Positions 1 through 10,135 of a stretch of 39,925 nucleotides of DNA are shown here, in pieces. The stretch is from Octopus bimaculoides. Its lineage: Eukaryota. Within the stretch, counting starts at the first letter, position 1. Every line of letters starts with the position of its first letter. The translations under genes and the position numbers were made by a program. A model generated the notes under the pieces. The model saw only the letters and a program-made list of their open reading frames with translations, did no database searches and was not told the DNA's origin. The stretch is from positions 126,310,676 through 126,350,600 of the forward strand of contig NC_068981.1 in assembly GCF_001194135.2 (NCBI RefSeq). The letters run 5' to 3'.

Positions 1-41
<41 letters not shown>

Positions 42-48
42 CACACAC
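1..48. repeat. (AC)n microsatellite
   Basis: Near-pure AC dinucleotide run. Confidence 0.98.
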
Positions 49-765
49 TGTATAATGAGATCCATCGGAAGGGTAACCCAAAGGCCTAAAAAATAAGAAC
101 CCACTGTAGGGTAGAAGCCATAGCCACTCATAATAAGAAAAAGTACTGGTGGAATGTCCCAGTGAAAACCTCAATAAAATATAAACATAAAAGACTTGAT
201 ATAGTGATTTGGGACAGAGAAGAGAAACTGTGTACAGTTGTGGAAATCAGCTGCCCAGCAGATGTTAACATAAAGCTAAAACTCGGCGTAAAAGAAAATA
301 CCTATACTGAATTATTGAGAAATATACAGTTACTCTACCCAGATTTCAAGTTTAGGTATATACCTATTATTATTGAGGAACACATAAACTAAGTATCAAT
401 CTTGAGAAATTAGACTTCTCAAAGCCAGAAAGAAGGAAGCCGATTTGAAGATTTCATATCCAAGCCATCACTGGAACTGTAAAAATCTGTAAAACTTTCC
501 AGAAGTTTATCATTTAAGTATAAATGAGCATGTCTAGACATGCAACTATATGCATGAGGATACATACATAAAACAAAACATACAAATCTGCATACATACA
601 TACATACATACATACATACATACATACATACATACATACATACAAACGAACAAACAAACAAACATACAAACAAACATACAAAAATACCCAGTTGATATTG
701 TTGAAATTCCAATGACGATCGCACCATCAGCGCTGGATACTACATATCTCTGTTGGAGAAGCATG
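49..765 (+). mobile_element. 5'-truncated RLE-type non-LTR retrotransposon (R4/Dong-like), C-terminus plus 3' UTR
   Basis: Decayed frame reads YWWNVPVKT..KHKRLDIVIWDREEKLCTVVEISCPADVN..K..KENTY (PD-(D/E)xK-type restriction-like endonuclease). After a frameshift it continues NLEKLDFSKPERRK..IQAITGTVKICKTFQKFII*. The UTR contains (TACA)n. Confidence 0.85.
588..680. repeat. (TACA)n/(AAAC)n compound microsatellite
   Basis: Direct tetranucleotide runs. Confidence 0.95.
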
Positions 766-789
766 AAGCATTGAAGCATAAACACCGTG

Positions 790-1175
790 GTAAGTTGAGC
801 CTTGGTGTCTTTTTTTTTGCAGGGCAATGCGTCAGCACACAACACATGAAACTCTACGGAAAATATGCGACTTTGGCTCCGAATTGATAAACCATCCACC
901 TTACTCTTCTGACTTGGGCGTCTCCGACTACCATTTCTTTCCACAACTGAAGAAAGGAACAAAATTTCACTCCGATTCGGAAGTGATTGCTGTTACAGAG
1001 GTCAGGCTGGAGATCCAATCTTCCGAGTTCTTTTTATAGGGCTTAGAAAAACTGAAAGACCGCTGCAATAAGTGTGTGAACCTGAGAGGGGAATATGTTC
1101 AATAAAATCATAATTAACTGATCCTCTTGTATTTTATTTTACCCAAAGTCAGGAACTTTTCAGCCCTTCCCCGTA
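790..1175 (+). mobile_element. Tc1/mariner (mariner-type) transposon, 3' part with right TIR
   Basis: Motifs LQGNASAH (HDNA-x-x-H), HPPYSSDLGVSDYHFF (YSPDLAP-x-D) and GLEKLKDRCNKCVNLRGEYVQ*. The TIR ends ..aggaacttttcagcccttccccg at 1173 followed by TA. Frameshifted. Confidence 0.9.
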
Positions 1176-1996
1176 GTCTGAGAAGGAAGTATTGAGGATC
1201 TTTTAAAGATCTGTGATTAAGATACACAGTGATGATGAGAGGACAAATAGTGGATAGATTGGCTGGGTTTGGCTGGAAGTAGTGCTCAGTTTTGCTGAAT
1301 GAGAGTGCAGGGACCATTGTAGTAATTAATTGTTGCTAAATTAGGCATAAAGGCAATAATTTTAAGGGGAAGAATTAGTTGATTACATCGGCTCAAAGAC
1401 TGAGGAGAGAGTGCATCTTGTTTGTTTCCTGTCCAAGTTTGATTTACGCGTTCACCACCACAACCTTTTCTAACTTTATGTAAATATAATTTTACGTAAG
1501 ATTTGTTTTACAATTCGTTATTTTATAAATTGTATTCGCATCTAGATTTTCCTTCCATTTAACGGAACCATACAGACTAAGTTCTTTTTTATCAAGAGAA
1601 AAACCTCCCGTGGATTTAGTCAACACTACAGTTGTGTATATGTTGCCGACAAGTTTCAACAATTTTAATCATTCCCAATATTTTAAGATATTAATACTAA
1701 TTCTATTATTGTGTTTTTATGGTCACACGTTGCTAAGGGCGGTAACTTTATTTCGAAAAATATAAGAAAGATAATTCTGCATGTTTCGTTAAAGATGTTA
1801 TTCAAATTTCATTGCATTACAGGTATTCATTGAGAACGGTTACACTGACTTTTGATAACAAAGTCATTGACCTAGAATAATTTGGAATAGATAATTACAT
1901 TTACTGAACTTTATTTAGTAAAGAAAAAGGAATAAATATTAGAATTTTAGGAAATTTGATGGTTGGCATGATATTATTTTACAAAGAGCATATAGT

Positions 1997-2154
1997 GATT
2001 TCAAATTTTGGCACAGCAACTTCGGGAAGGGTGTAAATCGATTACACCGACCTCAGTGTGCAACTGTTGCTCATTTTATCGATCCCGAAGGGGTGGAAGG
2101 CAAAGTCGACCTCGACGGAATTTGAACTCAGAATGTTACGACGGACGAAATACC
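1997..2154 (-). mobile_element. tRNA-derived SINE family 1, partial
   Basis: Reverse-complement match to the copies at 3015 and 4620. Confidence 0.85.
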
Positions 2155-2260
2155 ACTTTTCTAAGAACAAATATTAACATATTTTATAAACTGTATCTGT
2201 TCAGATTATAATAAAGATGAATTGCACTGAAAATACTGATTAGTAATGAACGATATATAT

Positions 2261-2459
2261 TTCTTTATTGTCCATAGGGGGCTAAACATAGAGGGGGCAA
2301 ACAAGGACAGTCAAAGGGATTAAGTCGATTACATCGACCCCAGTGCGTAACTGGTACTTATTTCATCGACACCGAAAGGATGAAAGGCAAAGTCGACCTC
2401 GGCGGAATTTGAACACAGAAGTTAACGACTGACGAAATACCGCTAAGCATTTCGCCCAG
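2261..2459 (-). mobile_element. tRNA-derived SINE family 1, variant tail
   Basis: gtcgattacatcgaccccagtgcgtaactggtactta..gaaaggatgaaaggcaaagtcgacctcggcggaatttgaac shared with the other copies. Confidence 0.9.
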
Positions 2460-2645
2460 AGTCCGGAGTGACCCACAGTTAAATGAATCTCGTTACTGAA
2501 AAAATCTTACAGCTAAATAATGTATAAAGATCACCATTTTAGAAAAGAACGGAGAAAAAAACAAACAAACAAAAAAAAAGGAAATCAAGAACACGTAGAG
2601 AAGTACGCAAATTATGAATTTTATATAGCTTTATATTACACTATG

Positions 2646-2683
2646 TCATAATATAATATAATATAATATAATATAATATAATA
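2646..2683. repeat. (ATAAT)n pentanucleotide repeat
   Basis: About 7 direct units. Confidence 0.9.
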
Positions 2684-3014
2684 CTAAACAAATCAAAAAC
2701 GTTTGAACGATGGTTAAGCTTTGTTAACAGGTAACGTCAAAAAGCTAGCTAAAAATATTGATGCGATTAGTAAAAAAAAAAATCAATATTCATCATTGAA
2801 TGCTTTTAGCTTTCCGGCATCTGACCTGATCCGTGAAGAATATACTTCACTGTGACTTGCCAATGTCGAGATGAGAGAATCATTAACAAAATGTACTAAA
2901 ATATACACTGGTTGTGGTAAAAACCTATAATTATTATAAAAATGAATTCCTGAAAGAGGTCGTTCACAGTGAACAACAATAATTAAGCTAATGTTAATAT
3001 ATTTGGTGCAAGGT

Positions 3015-3233
3015 AAGGCGACGAACAGGCAGAATCGTTAGCACGCCGGAAAAAATGCTTAGCGGTATTTCGACCGTCTTTACGTTCTGAGTTGAAATTT
3101 CGCTGAGGTCGACTTTGTCTTTCATCCATTCGAAGACGATAAAATATGTACCAGTTGAGCATTGGGGTTGATTTAATCGACGTCGCCCCTCCCAACAAAA
3201 CTGCTGCCCTTGTGCCAAAATTTGAAACCAATA
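3015..3233 (+). mobile_element. tRNA-derived SINE family 1, near full length
   Basis: Pol III A-box-like GGCAGAATCGTTAGC and B-box-like GAGTTGAAATTTC. The central ctttcatcc..cgataaaata.gtaccag block resembles the MetaSINE central domain as I recall it. Confidence 0.9.
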
Positions 3234-3764
3234 TATTTGATGCAAAGTAATAATTATATTGTGAAGAAAAAAAAAAGATTAGTTACTTATATTAGTCTAT
3301 TGTGTATTTTAACAAGACAACTTCAGAATATTTTGGTATTATGATCCCATCACCGTAATTGCTGAAATTATAACGAGATAATGACTAAGTAAATGCCCAA
3401 GAATGCATACTCGCTGGCATAAAAACTAGAATAGTTCAGAGAAGAAATTATTCAGAGACTTATACAAGCTAAACTATTCTTCTTTATGTGGATGGAGTCT
3501 CAGAGAAATAAACTCTATAAATGATCATAGTTTTTTACACCATTCAGTGGAATCATCGTATATTTAGCTAGAAATTCTTCTGTCGTTACTGTGGCAAGTA
3601 TGGCGAGATATATTTTGTCATATGCTTTAGTAACCGTGCTCACGTCTTCTATAGATGTGTGATCAAGCACACCGAGCAAGTAGATATATGACCAAAGACG
3701 TCCCTATAATGACCATCCTGTCTTCGTTGGCATAATATACTTGAAACAACTTAATACAAAATGT

Positions 3765-3885
3765 CCTTATTTTTCAAGGCCGATAAAATAAGTACCAGTG
3801 AAACACTGGGGTCGATATAATCGACTGGTCCCTTCCCCCAAAATTTCCGGCCTTGTGCCTATAGTATAAAGGATTATTATTATTC
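3765..3885 (+). mobile_element. SINE family 1, 3' half with (ATT)n tail
   Basis: cgataaaataagtaccagtgaaacactggggtcgat..ggccttgtgcctatagtataaaggattattatt. Confidence 0.85.
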
Positions 3886-4164
3886 TTTTAGAAGGGTAGT
3901 GCTCACAAGCTTTTAAAGGGCATTCGAGACTTAAAGGTGAAGGAGGGGGAGGTAGCCTAAAATTATGACCTGACCCAAATACTTTCTGCTGAGTGTACTT
4001 CACTAAAGGCATTCAAAAGTCAGGTTCTGGTGTTATACTGGGTGATGGATTAAGTTTACAGTTGCTCGATCTACGAAAAATAACAGCCAAATAATAATAA
4101 TAATAATAATAATAAATAATAATAATAAATGTGTTGGTCTTTTGGCTTGCGTTAGGGTTTATTT

Positions 4165-4330
4165 TGTAAGGGAGGTAACTTGTTGAAAAATATAAGAAAG
4201 ACAACTCTGTAATTTATCGCTGACGGCGAAAGTAAAATTTCTTTTATTGAGAATTTCTGTGAAAGAAATTACATTGCCTTTTGTTGATAAGTCATACAGA
4301 TGGAAAAAACTTAGAACTGGTAATACAAGA
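4165..4330 (-). mobile_element. Unclassified decayed repeat, possibly a Penelope-like C-terminal relic
   Basis: About 45 bp (gg.ggtaactt..gaaaaatataagaaaga.aa.tctg) is shared with 1737-1780. The minus-strand peptide EILNKRN weakly recalls Penelope GIY-YIG ends. Confidence 0.3.
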
Positions 4331-4619
4331 GACGAATGTAACAAATAAAAAAAAAAAAAGAGAAAGAAATTAAATTCAAAAGAAACTAGTGATATTTTGC
4401 GATGTTCTCGAATGGAATCCCTACTCAAAGTAACAAATTCACTTTCTTCGCGGCACATGAACGTAACTCAATGTACAAATTCTAAAAGTCCTCTTTGGTT
4501 TTATAAGCAAAGTTTCGTGAAGATGACGGAAGCTCTAAATAGCTATATTGGCGAACTATATGGAAATTAGACAAGATGAATCAAACTGAGACTGAGCTTT
4601 ATAGAAAGACTAATTAAAT

Positions 4620-4833
4620 AGGCAACGAGCTGGCAGAATTGTTAGCACATCGGACAAAATGCTTAACGGTATTTTGTCCGTCTTCAGGTTCTGAGTTCAA
4701 AATCCACCGAAGTCGACTTTGCCTTTCATCCTTTCAAGGTCGATAAAATAAGTACCAGTTGAGCACTGGGATCGATGTAATCGACTTACCCCGTTCCCCG
4801 AACTTGCTGGCTATGTGCCAAATTTGAAATCAA
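4620..4833 (+). mobile_element. tRNA-derived SINE family 1, full length
   Basis: A box TGGCAGAATTGTTAGC, B box GAGTTCAAAATCC and the conserved central block. Confidence 0.92.
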
Positions 4834-4994
4834 CAGAGAGAGAGAGAGAGAGAAGAATCTCTGAATTTATTGTGTTGCTAACGCTCCTGCTTTATTACAA
4901 TTTTTAAACATTTTATATTACTTTATATTATGTAGTTATGTAATATATTATATTACATTATATAATGCTTCATAAAAAATATATCGCTCTATGT

Positions 4995-5185
4995 CTTTAT
5001 CATTTAGCTCCAAGTCATCTCTGATCAAGTTGACCTATGTTGAAGACATTCTTGCCCATGATCACCTCATCTATTTCCAGATAATGTATGCAGGTTAATG
5101 TATTCAATGCGCACTCTATTTGTTATTGTGGTTGAGATTTAAATTGATTTTAGCTGCTTTTTCTAGCAGTCTAGCAGGTCAGAAT
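4995..5185. mobile_element. Short interspersed repeat family 3, decayed
   Basis: Similar to 21555-21770; other pieces near 3640-3725, 4045-4085 and 12440-12490. Confidence 0.55.
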
Positions 5186-5553
5186 ACCACGAAAAGGATC
5201 ATTCATTAATTTGTGTTGAATTTTATTGTTATGTTATGTTATATGAATTTCATGTGTCTGAAGCTCATATAGTCTGGTTGTTTTTGATAGGGAATAAAGA
5301 GGGAGTGCATAGAGAGAACATTTTATAGAAAAGATAAAAGACGTTGTTGTTGAGACTCAAGACTAACCTAATTCAGAAAACTTATTATGACGATATTGTC
5401 TTTTTAGTTGTATAGAAAAGAAGGAAACAGTATAGACAAATATGAAAGTTACGTTATTAACGTGTCTTAAGAGAGTTCTGATCTTAAGAGAGGTTCATGA
5501 CCGTCGTCGTCGTTCTTCTTCTTCTTCTTTGTGGTCGTGGTCGTTGTGGTTAT

Positions 5554-6284
5554 TTAAGAAGTCTCTTCGACAATTTTGTTTAGGTCTTCCACTGTTGCTT
5601 GAATGGTTAACTCTATTCCATATCCCCAGTAGTTAACTCTTTGGGTTCTTGTGGCCTTCAGTATCTTGGCCTCCTCATTCATGTCATACATTATGGCTGT
5701 CATCAGCCATGCTTCTTTCAGCTCTGGGGGCACTCTGCCAACTTGCACCCTAGCCACACGTTTGCCACAGTACGATGGCAAAAGTACCCATTCTTCAGAT
5801 ATTATTGCCTCCGTGGAGTGCTTAATTGCTTCCTCTTCTTAGGAAGCAACAGCGTACTTTCTCCCTCTTGTTATAAGTATGGTTAGACATTTAATATTTT
5901 AAAACTTTTTTCAATAACCTCTATTGTCGCTATTTCTATTGTTCTATCACCGTTTTTTCATTACGTTGGTTGTTAGTTCTACAGGCGGCGTTAATTTCAG
6001 TGTATTTTTGTCTCTTTCCAGTAACTTTTTGCATTCCTTCATATTTCGAGGGTCAACCTTTATTTCTCGTACCTACAGCGTTTCCACATCTAATCCTCTT
6101 CTAGTTACAGCCGCATAACTGTGGCCACCTGCTGGCGTTTTCTCCATTTTTCCACAATGAGGAAAAAACAACAATTCAAAATAACACTAGCAACAATTTG
6201 AACAGTAACAATCAATCAAACAAATATTTGACTTACGTCTAACATGACAAAAAAAAAAAACAACAACTCAAACTGCATGTGACA
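5554..6284 (-). mobile_element. ORF1/Gag-like retroelement copy B: 5' UTR plus N-terminal ORF relic, 3'-truncated
   Basis: ATG at 6147. Reads MEKTPAGGHSYAAVTRRGL..REIK..LKLTPP..TRGRKY..EWVLLPSYCGKRVARVQVGRVPPELKEAWL..YWGYG with stops and frameshifts. Homologous to copy A. Confidence 0.8.
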
Positions 6285-6312
6285 CAAACCTCCGCCAAGG
6301 CAACACCAACGT

Positions 6313-8160
6313 CCCGATTTCTTTTATTTGGCACCAGGCTTCTATAAAGAAGGGACAACACAAAAACAGACAAAATATAACGGAGTACATAAAAACACAT
6401 ATCAAATGAATTATGGATATGTGTATTGCACCATTGTTCTCAGGTTTTTCTTTTTTGGTGTCACTCTCCTTCTCTCCTCACNNNNNNNNNNNNNNNNNNN
6501 NNNNNNNNNNNNNNNNNNNNNNNNNNNNNNNNNNNNNNNNNNNNNNNNNNNNNNNNNNNNNNNNNNNNNNNNNNNNNNNNNNNNNNNNNNNNNNNNNNNN
6601 NNNNNNNNNNNNNNNNNNNNNNNNNNNNNNNNNNNNNNNNNNNNNNNNNNNNNNNNNNNNNNNNNNNNNNNNNNNNNNNNNNNNNNNNNNNNNNNNNNNN
6701 NNNNNNNNNNNNNNNNNNNNNNNNNNNNNNNNNNNNNNNNNNNNNNNNNNNNNNNNNNNNNNNNNNNNNNNNNNNNNNNNNNNNNNNNNTTCTATAAAGA
6801 AGGGACAACACAAAAACAGACAAAATATAACGGAGTACATAAAAACACATATCAAATGAATTATGGATATGTGTATTGCACCATTGTTCTCAGGTTTTTC
6901 TTTTTTGGTGTCACTCTCCTTCTCTCCTCACCAATCCCCTCCTCTGCTGCTGGCATTTCTATCTCTGTCTGTCCCTCATTCTGTGTTGCTATCATCTCTC
7001 TTTATTTTCCTTTATCTTCTATGCTCTTTCTTCCTTGTTAGTTGATGGTCTCTGCGTTCGTTGCTCACTTACTTTTGTTGACCTTTCATTTTTTCTCTTC
7101 TCATTCGTATTCTTTTGTTTTTTACTCTGTGTCTCCTCTCCACTTGGCTTTCTTTTCTTCTTAGGACTTTTTGGTGGTGAGTCTGTATTACTTTTCTTCC
7201 TTTTTACCGCTGTGTACTGGTCTTCCATTTTTTTCCCTCCTCTACAGTTGCACCCTCTTCTTCCTGATATTCCTTCTCCGTCTCCTCCTCTTCGTGTTTC
7301 TGGGGACACTTAGCTTTCATGTGTCCCCTTACTCCACATAGAAAGCATACAGGCGGTCTTCCTTTCACAACAATTCTCAACCTCGTCTCGTCTGGCAGTA
7401 CCAGTTCTTCCGCAATCTTGTGGAGGTTTGGCAAGCTTATATGAACCCATACCTCCAACAGTTCACCTCCATAGTTCTCGTCATTTTCAATATTTGGGTG
7501 TCCTCTTCTGTATTATAGAGGATGGCTGCCACCAGCCACGCCTCATCAATTTCTGGGGGCACTCTACCTATTCTTATTCTGGCCGCACGTTTGCCACAGT
7601 AAGTCGGTAGTAGCGCCCACTCAGCCGATCTCAACGGTACAGTGGAGTACTTTCTCGCTTCTTCCTCACTCACGAAGCACACCTCCACTGTGTCTATGCC
7701 GTACTTCTTTCCTCTGGTGTAGTACGTCGTTGAATCCTTAACCCCTCTCAAACACTCCTCAACCGCCTCCACTGCTACTATTTCAACTTTTTTCGTTGCA
7801 ATATTCAGCGCTCTATATACTATGATTCTTCTCTCTGTTCTTTCTATGACTTCCTTAGGAGGCGTCAACCTCAGTCTGTTTCCCTCCTTTCTTGAAGTCT
7901 GTTTCTTCCAATTTAATTTCTCTAAATTGCAGTATATCTGCTGTTAGACCTTTACCAGTCACCGCAACGTAACTGCCCGCTTGTACTGGTTTACCTTCCA
8001 TAACAATATTATTTACAACTTCACCCATAAATGGGGAAGAAAAACAAAAATTCAGATAACAAAAATCCAACAATTCAGCAGTATAACAGTTTAACAATAA
8101 CAGTACTCATATGGAGCGTACACGAATCAAACTCAACTGACTCAAATACAACACTAACAA
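6313..8160 (-). mobile_element. ORF1-only (Gag-like, CCHC) non-LTR-like retroelement copy A, with 12-bp flanking direct repeat
   Basis: caacaccaacgt occurs at both 6301-6312 and 8161-8172. It has a T/G-rich 5' UTR, an ORF relic, and AATAAA (minus strand, 6328-6323) about 10 nt before the repeat. No RT or endonuclease sequence is present. Confidence 0.8.
6861..8028 (-). pseudogene. Frameshifted ORF1p-like nucleic-acid-binding protein (putative RRM-like region, CX2CX4HX4C knuckle, K/E-rich tail)
   Basis: Joins tracked ORFs 7855-8097, 7437-7868, 7204-7458 and 7019-7309 with a terminal frame ending ..KKKNLRTMVQYTYP*. The knuckle is CFLCGVRGHMKAKC. The RRM-like assignment is inference from L1/Tx1 ORF1 architecture. 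Confidence 0.8.
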
Positions 8161-8501
8161 CAACACCAACGTTCTCTCAACGATTAGCCAGAGATGATTT
8201 TTAAAATGAGAATATCTGAAATAAAGTCGACGGCTCTCACAAACGAGAATAAGAAAAATGAACCCGACCGCGCTCAAAAATTAAGTAAAAAAAAAAAAAA
8301 AACGGAAAAATAATCCCGAATCCTTGTCCGGTATCGGATCGATTCCAAAATATAATCGGTTCGTGCCAGTCACGAGGCCAAACATCCCTGAAAGTTTCAT
8401 CCCAATCCATCCAGTGGTTCTTGAGATATCTTGTCGACGGACAAACAAACAAACAAACACGATTGAAAACAATACCTCCACCTTTGCTAAGGCGGAGGTA
8501 A

Positions 8502-8633
8502 TAATAATAATCCTTTCTACTATTGGCACAAGCTCTGAGATATTTATTTTTAGGGGAGGGGCTAGTCGATTTCATCAACCACAATACGTGATTGGTACTT
8601 ATTTTATCGATCCTGAAAGAATGAAAGACAAAG
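8502..8633 (-). mobile_element. SINE family 1, 3' half
   Basis: (AAT)n tail, then ggcacaag..ggtacttattttatcgatcctgaaagaatgaaag. Confidence 0.8.
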
Positions 8634-8809
8634 AGATACATTTACGTTATACACTTTATAGGGAAATATTTTATTTAAGTAGAGACTGGGATGGAATTTA
8701 GAGGTGTGCTTGGAAAGCTGATTGAATTACTGGCCAAAAACCACAGCCAGTCTACAGTAATACTGACTTTGTCTTGAACTTAAAACATTTCCACATTTTT
8801 ATGCATCTG

Positions 8810-8925
8810 TCTGTTCGTGTAGGTGTATATCTATGTGTGTATGTATCCATGTGCGAATGTGTATGCGCGTGCGCATGTATGTGTGTGTATGTGTGAGTGT
8901 ATGTGTGCGTGCATAAGTGCACATG
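8810..8925. repeat. Imperfect (GT)n/(GTAT)n microsatellite
   Basis: Direct inspection. Confidence 0.85.
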
Positions 8926-9789
8926 TATAGTCGTGCGAGTTTTAGTCGCATTCCTATCCACCATAGAAATATTACGTGTCTCTCCTTTGTACAGTTTATT
9001 TCATATAGATAACAGTTTAACAGTATCGCAATAATTTTTAAAAAAAAAGAAAAAGGCTCAAACCCCCCCACAAGAAAAAGAATAAAAACCAAAGAAAAAG
9101 AATAAAACCAAAGAAAAAAAGCAGAACAACAAAACCAAAGGAAAAAACAAAAAAAAAAAATGCAAACAAAACCCGCGTGTAATTTTTTTAGTTCTCACAC
9201 TTGCGCACTTTCTTACTCTGTGTTTTATTTTGCTTTATTTTCCTACGGGACCCACTTAGTTGGCATTTGTAAATTAGAAAAAAGAAAGCATTTATTCACC
9301 AAATAGAGATTATCCTGTATTTCTATTTTGGTTAATCATTCTTGTCTGCCTCTAACAAGATCATATATCTTCTAAAAAAGGAAAAAAGAAAGAAGAAAAA
9401 GAAAAGAAATTAAATTGTCTTAATCTTATTTTNNNNNNNNNNNNNNNNNNNNNNNNNNNNNNNNNNNNNNNNNNNNNNNNNNNNNNNNNNNNNNNNNNNN
9501 NNNNNNNNNNNNNNNNNNNNNNNNNNNNNNNNNNNNNNNNNNNNNNNNNNNNNNNNNNNNNNNNNNNNNNNNNNNNNNNNNNNNNNNNNNNNNNNNNNNN
9601 NNNNNNNNNNNNNNNNNNNNNNNNNNNNNNNNNNNNNNNNNNNNNNNNNNNNNNNNNNNNNNNNNNNNNNNNNNNNNNNNNNNNNNNNNNNNNNNNNNNN
9701 NNNNNNNNNNNNNNNNNNNTCTAATGTTATTTTTCTAATTCTAAAATTTATAAATTCATTTTTTACATCTGGTTCTGGGGAAAATAAAA

Positions 9790-10135
9790 ATTTAAAATAA
9801 CCAAGAGGAACCAAGCAATGCTTCTGTTTCTTGCATAGTGTTAGATGAATTTCCTACAAGAAGGATGTACGCTTTTTTGTATTCTTTCTTTCTGTTGTTT
9901 CTACTATTACTCGAAGTTTACTGCTCCTCTAATGAGCAAGTACATGACCTTTTCCTCCAAGCCCATCTGGTGCATGCACATTTCCTCCTCGACACTCTGC
10001 TCTATCATTACTCTTACTGCGTCTCGCACCAAACCTAACTCTAACCGTTCATTGTTTCCTAGAACTGCATCCTTCTGAGATTCCATGCCAACCCACATGT
10101 TTCCGGTGGGCGTCATCAACTTCATCAGTCTCATC
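9790..10135 (+). mobile_element. Decayed CR1/L2-group LINE, 3' end of ORF2
   Basis: ..FCCFYYYS..RTKPNSNRSLFPRTASF*DSMPTHMFP matches the C-terminal SFFPRT-x-x-LWN-x-LP motif of CR1/L2/Crack-type ORF2. Confidence 0.6.

Larger units (their letters stand above)
6285..8501 (-). mobile_element. Helentron-like non-autonomous element (about 360 bp of own sequence), interrupted by copy A
   Basis: Terminal ggcggaggt (8491-8499) forms an 11-bp hairpin with 8474-8484 and has a perfect inverted partner acctccgcc at 6288-6296. It carries an internal (GTTT)n run, and its end abuts the (ATT)n tail of a SINE. Confidence 0.7.

Noticed and set aside
3015-3100. tRNA-like A/B boxes in SINE heads
   Set aside because: No complete cloverleaf, and each continues into SINE body; these are not tRNA genes
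10094-10128. Minus-strand hammerhead-like CTGATGA/TTGATGA...GAAACATGT
   Set aside because: No stem I pairing, the cleavage-site base would be G, and the CTGATGA comes from the local tandem repeat
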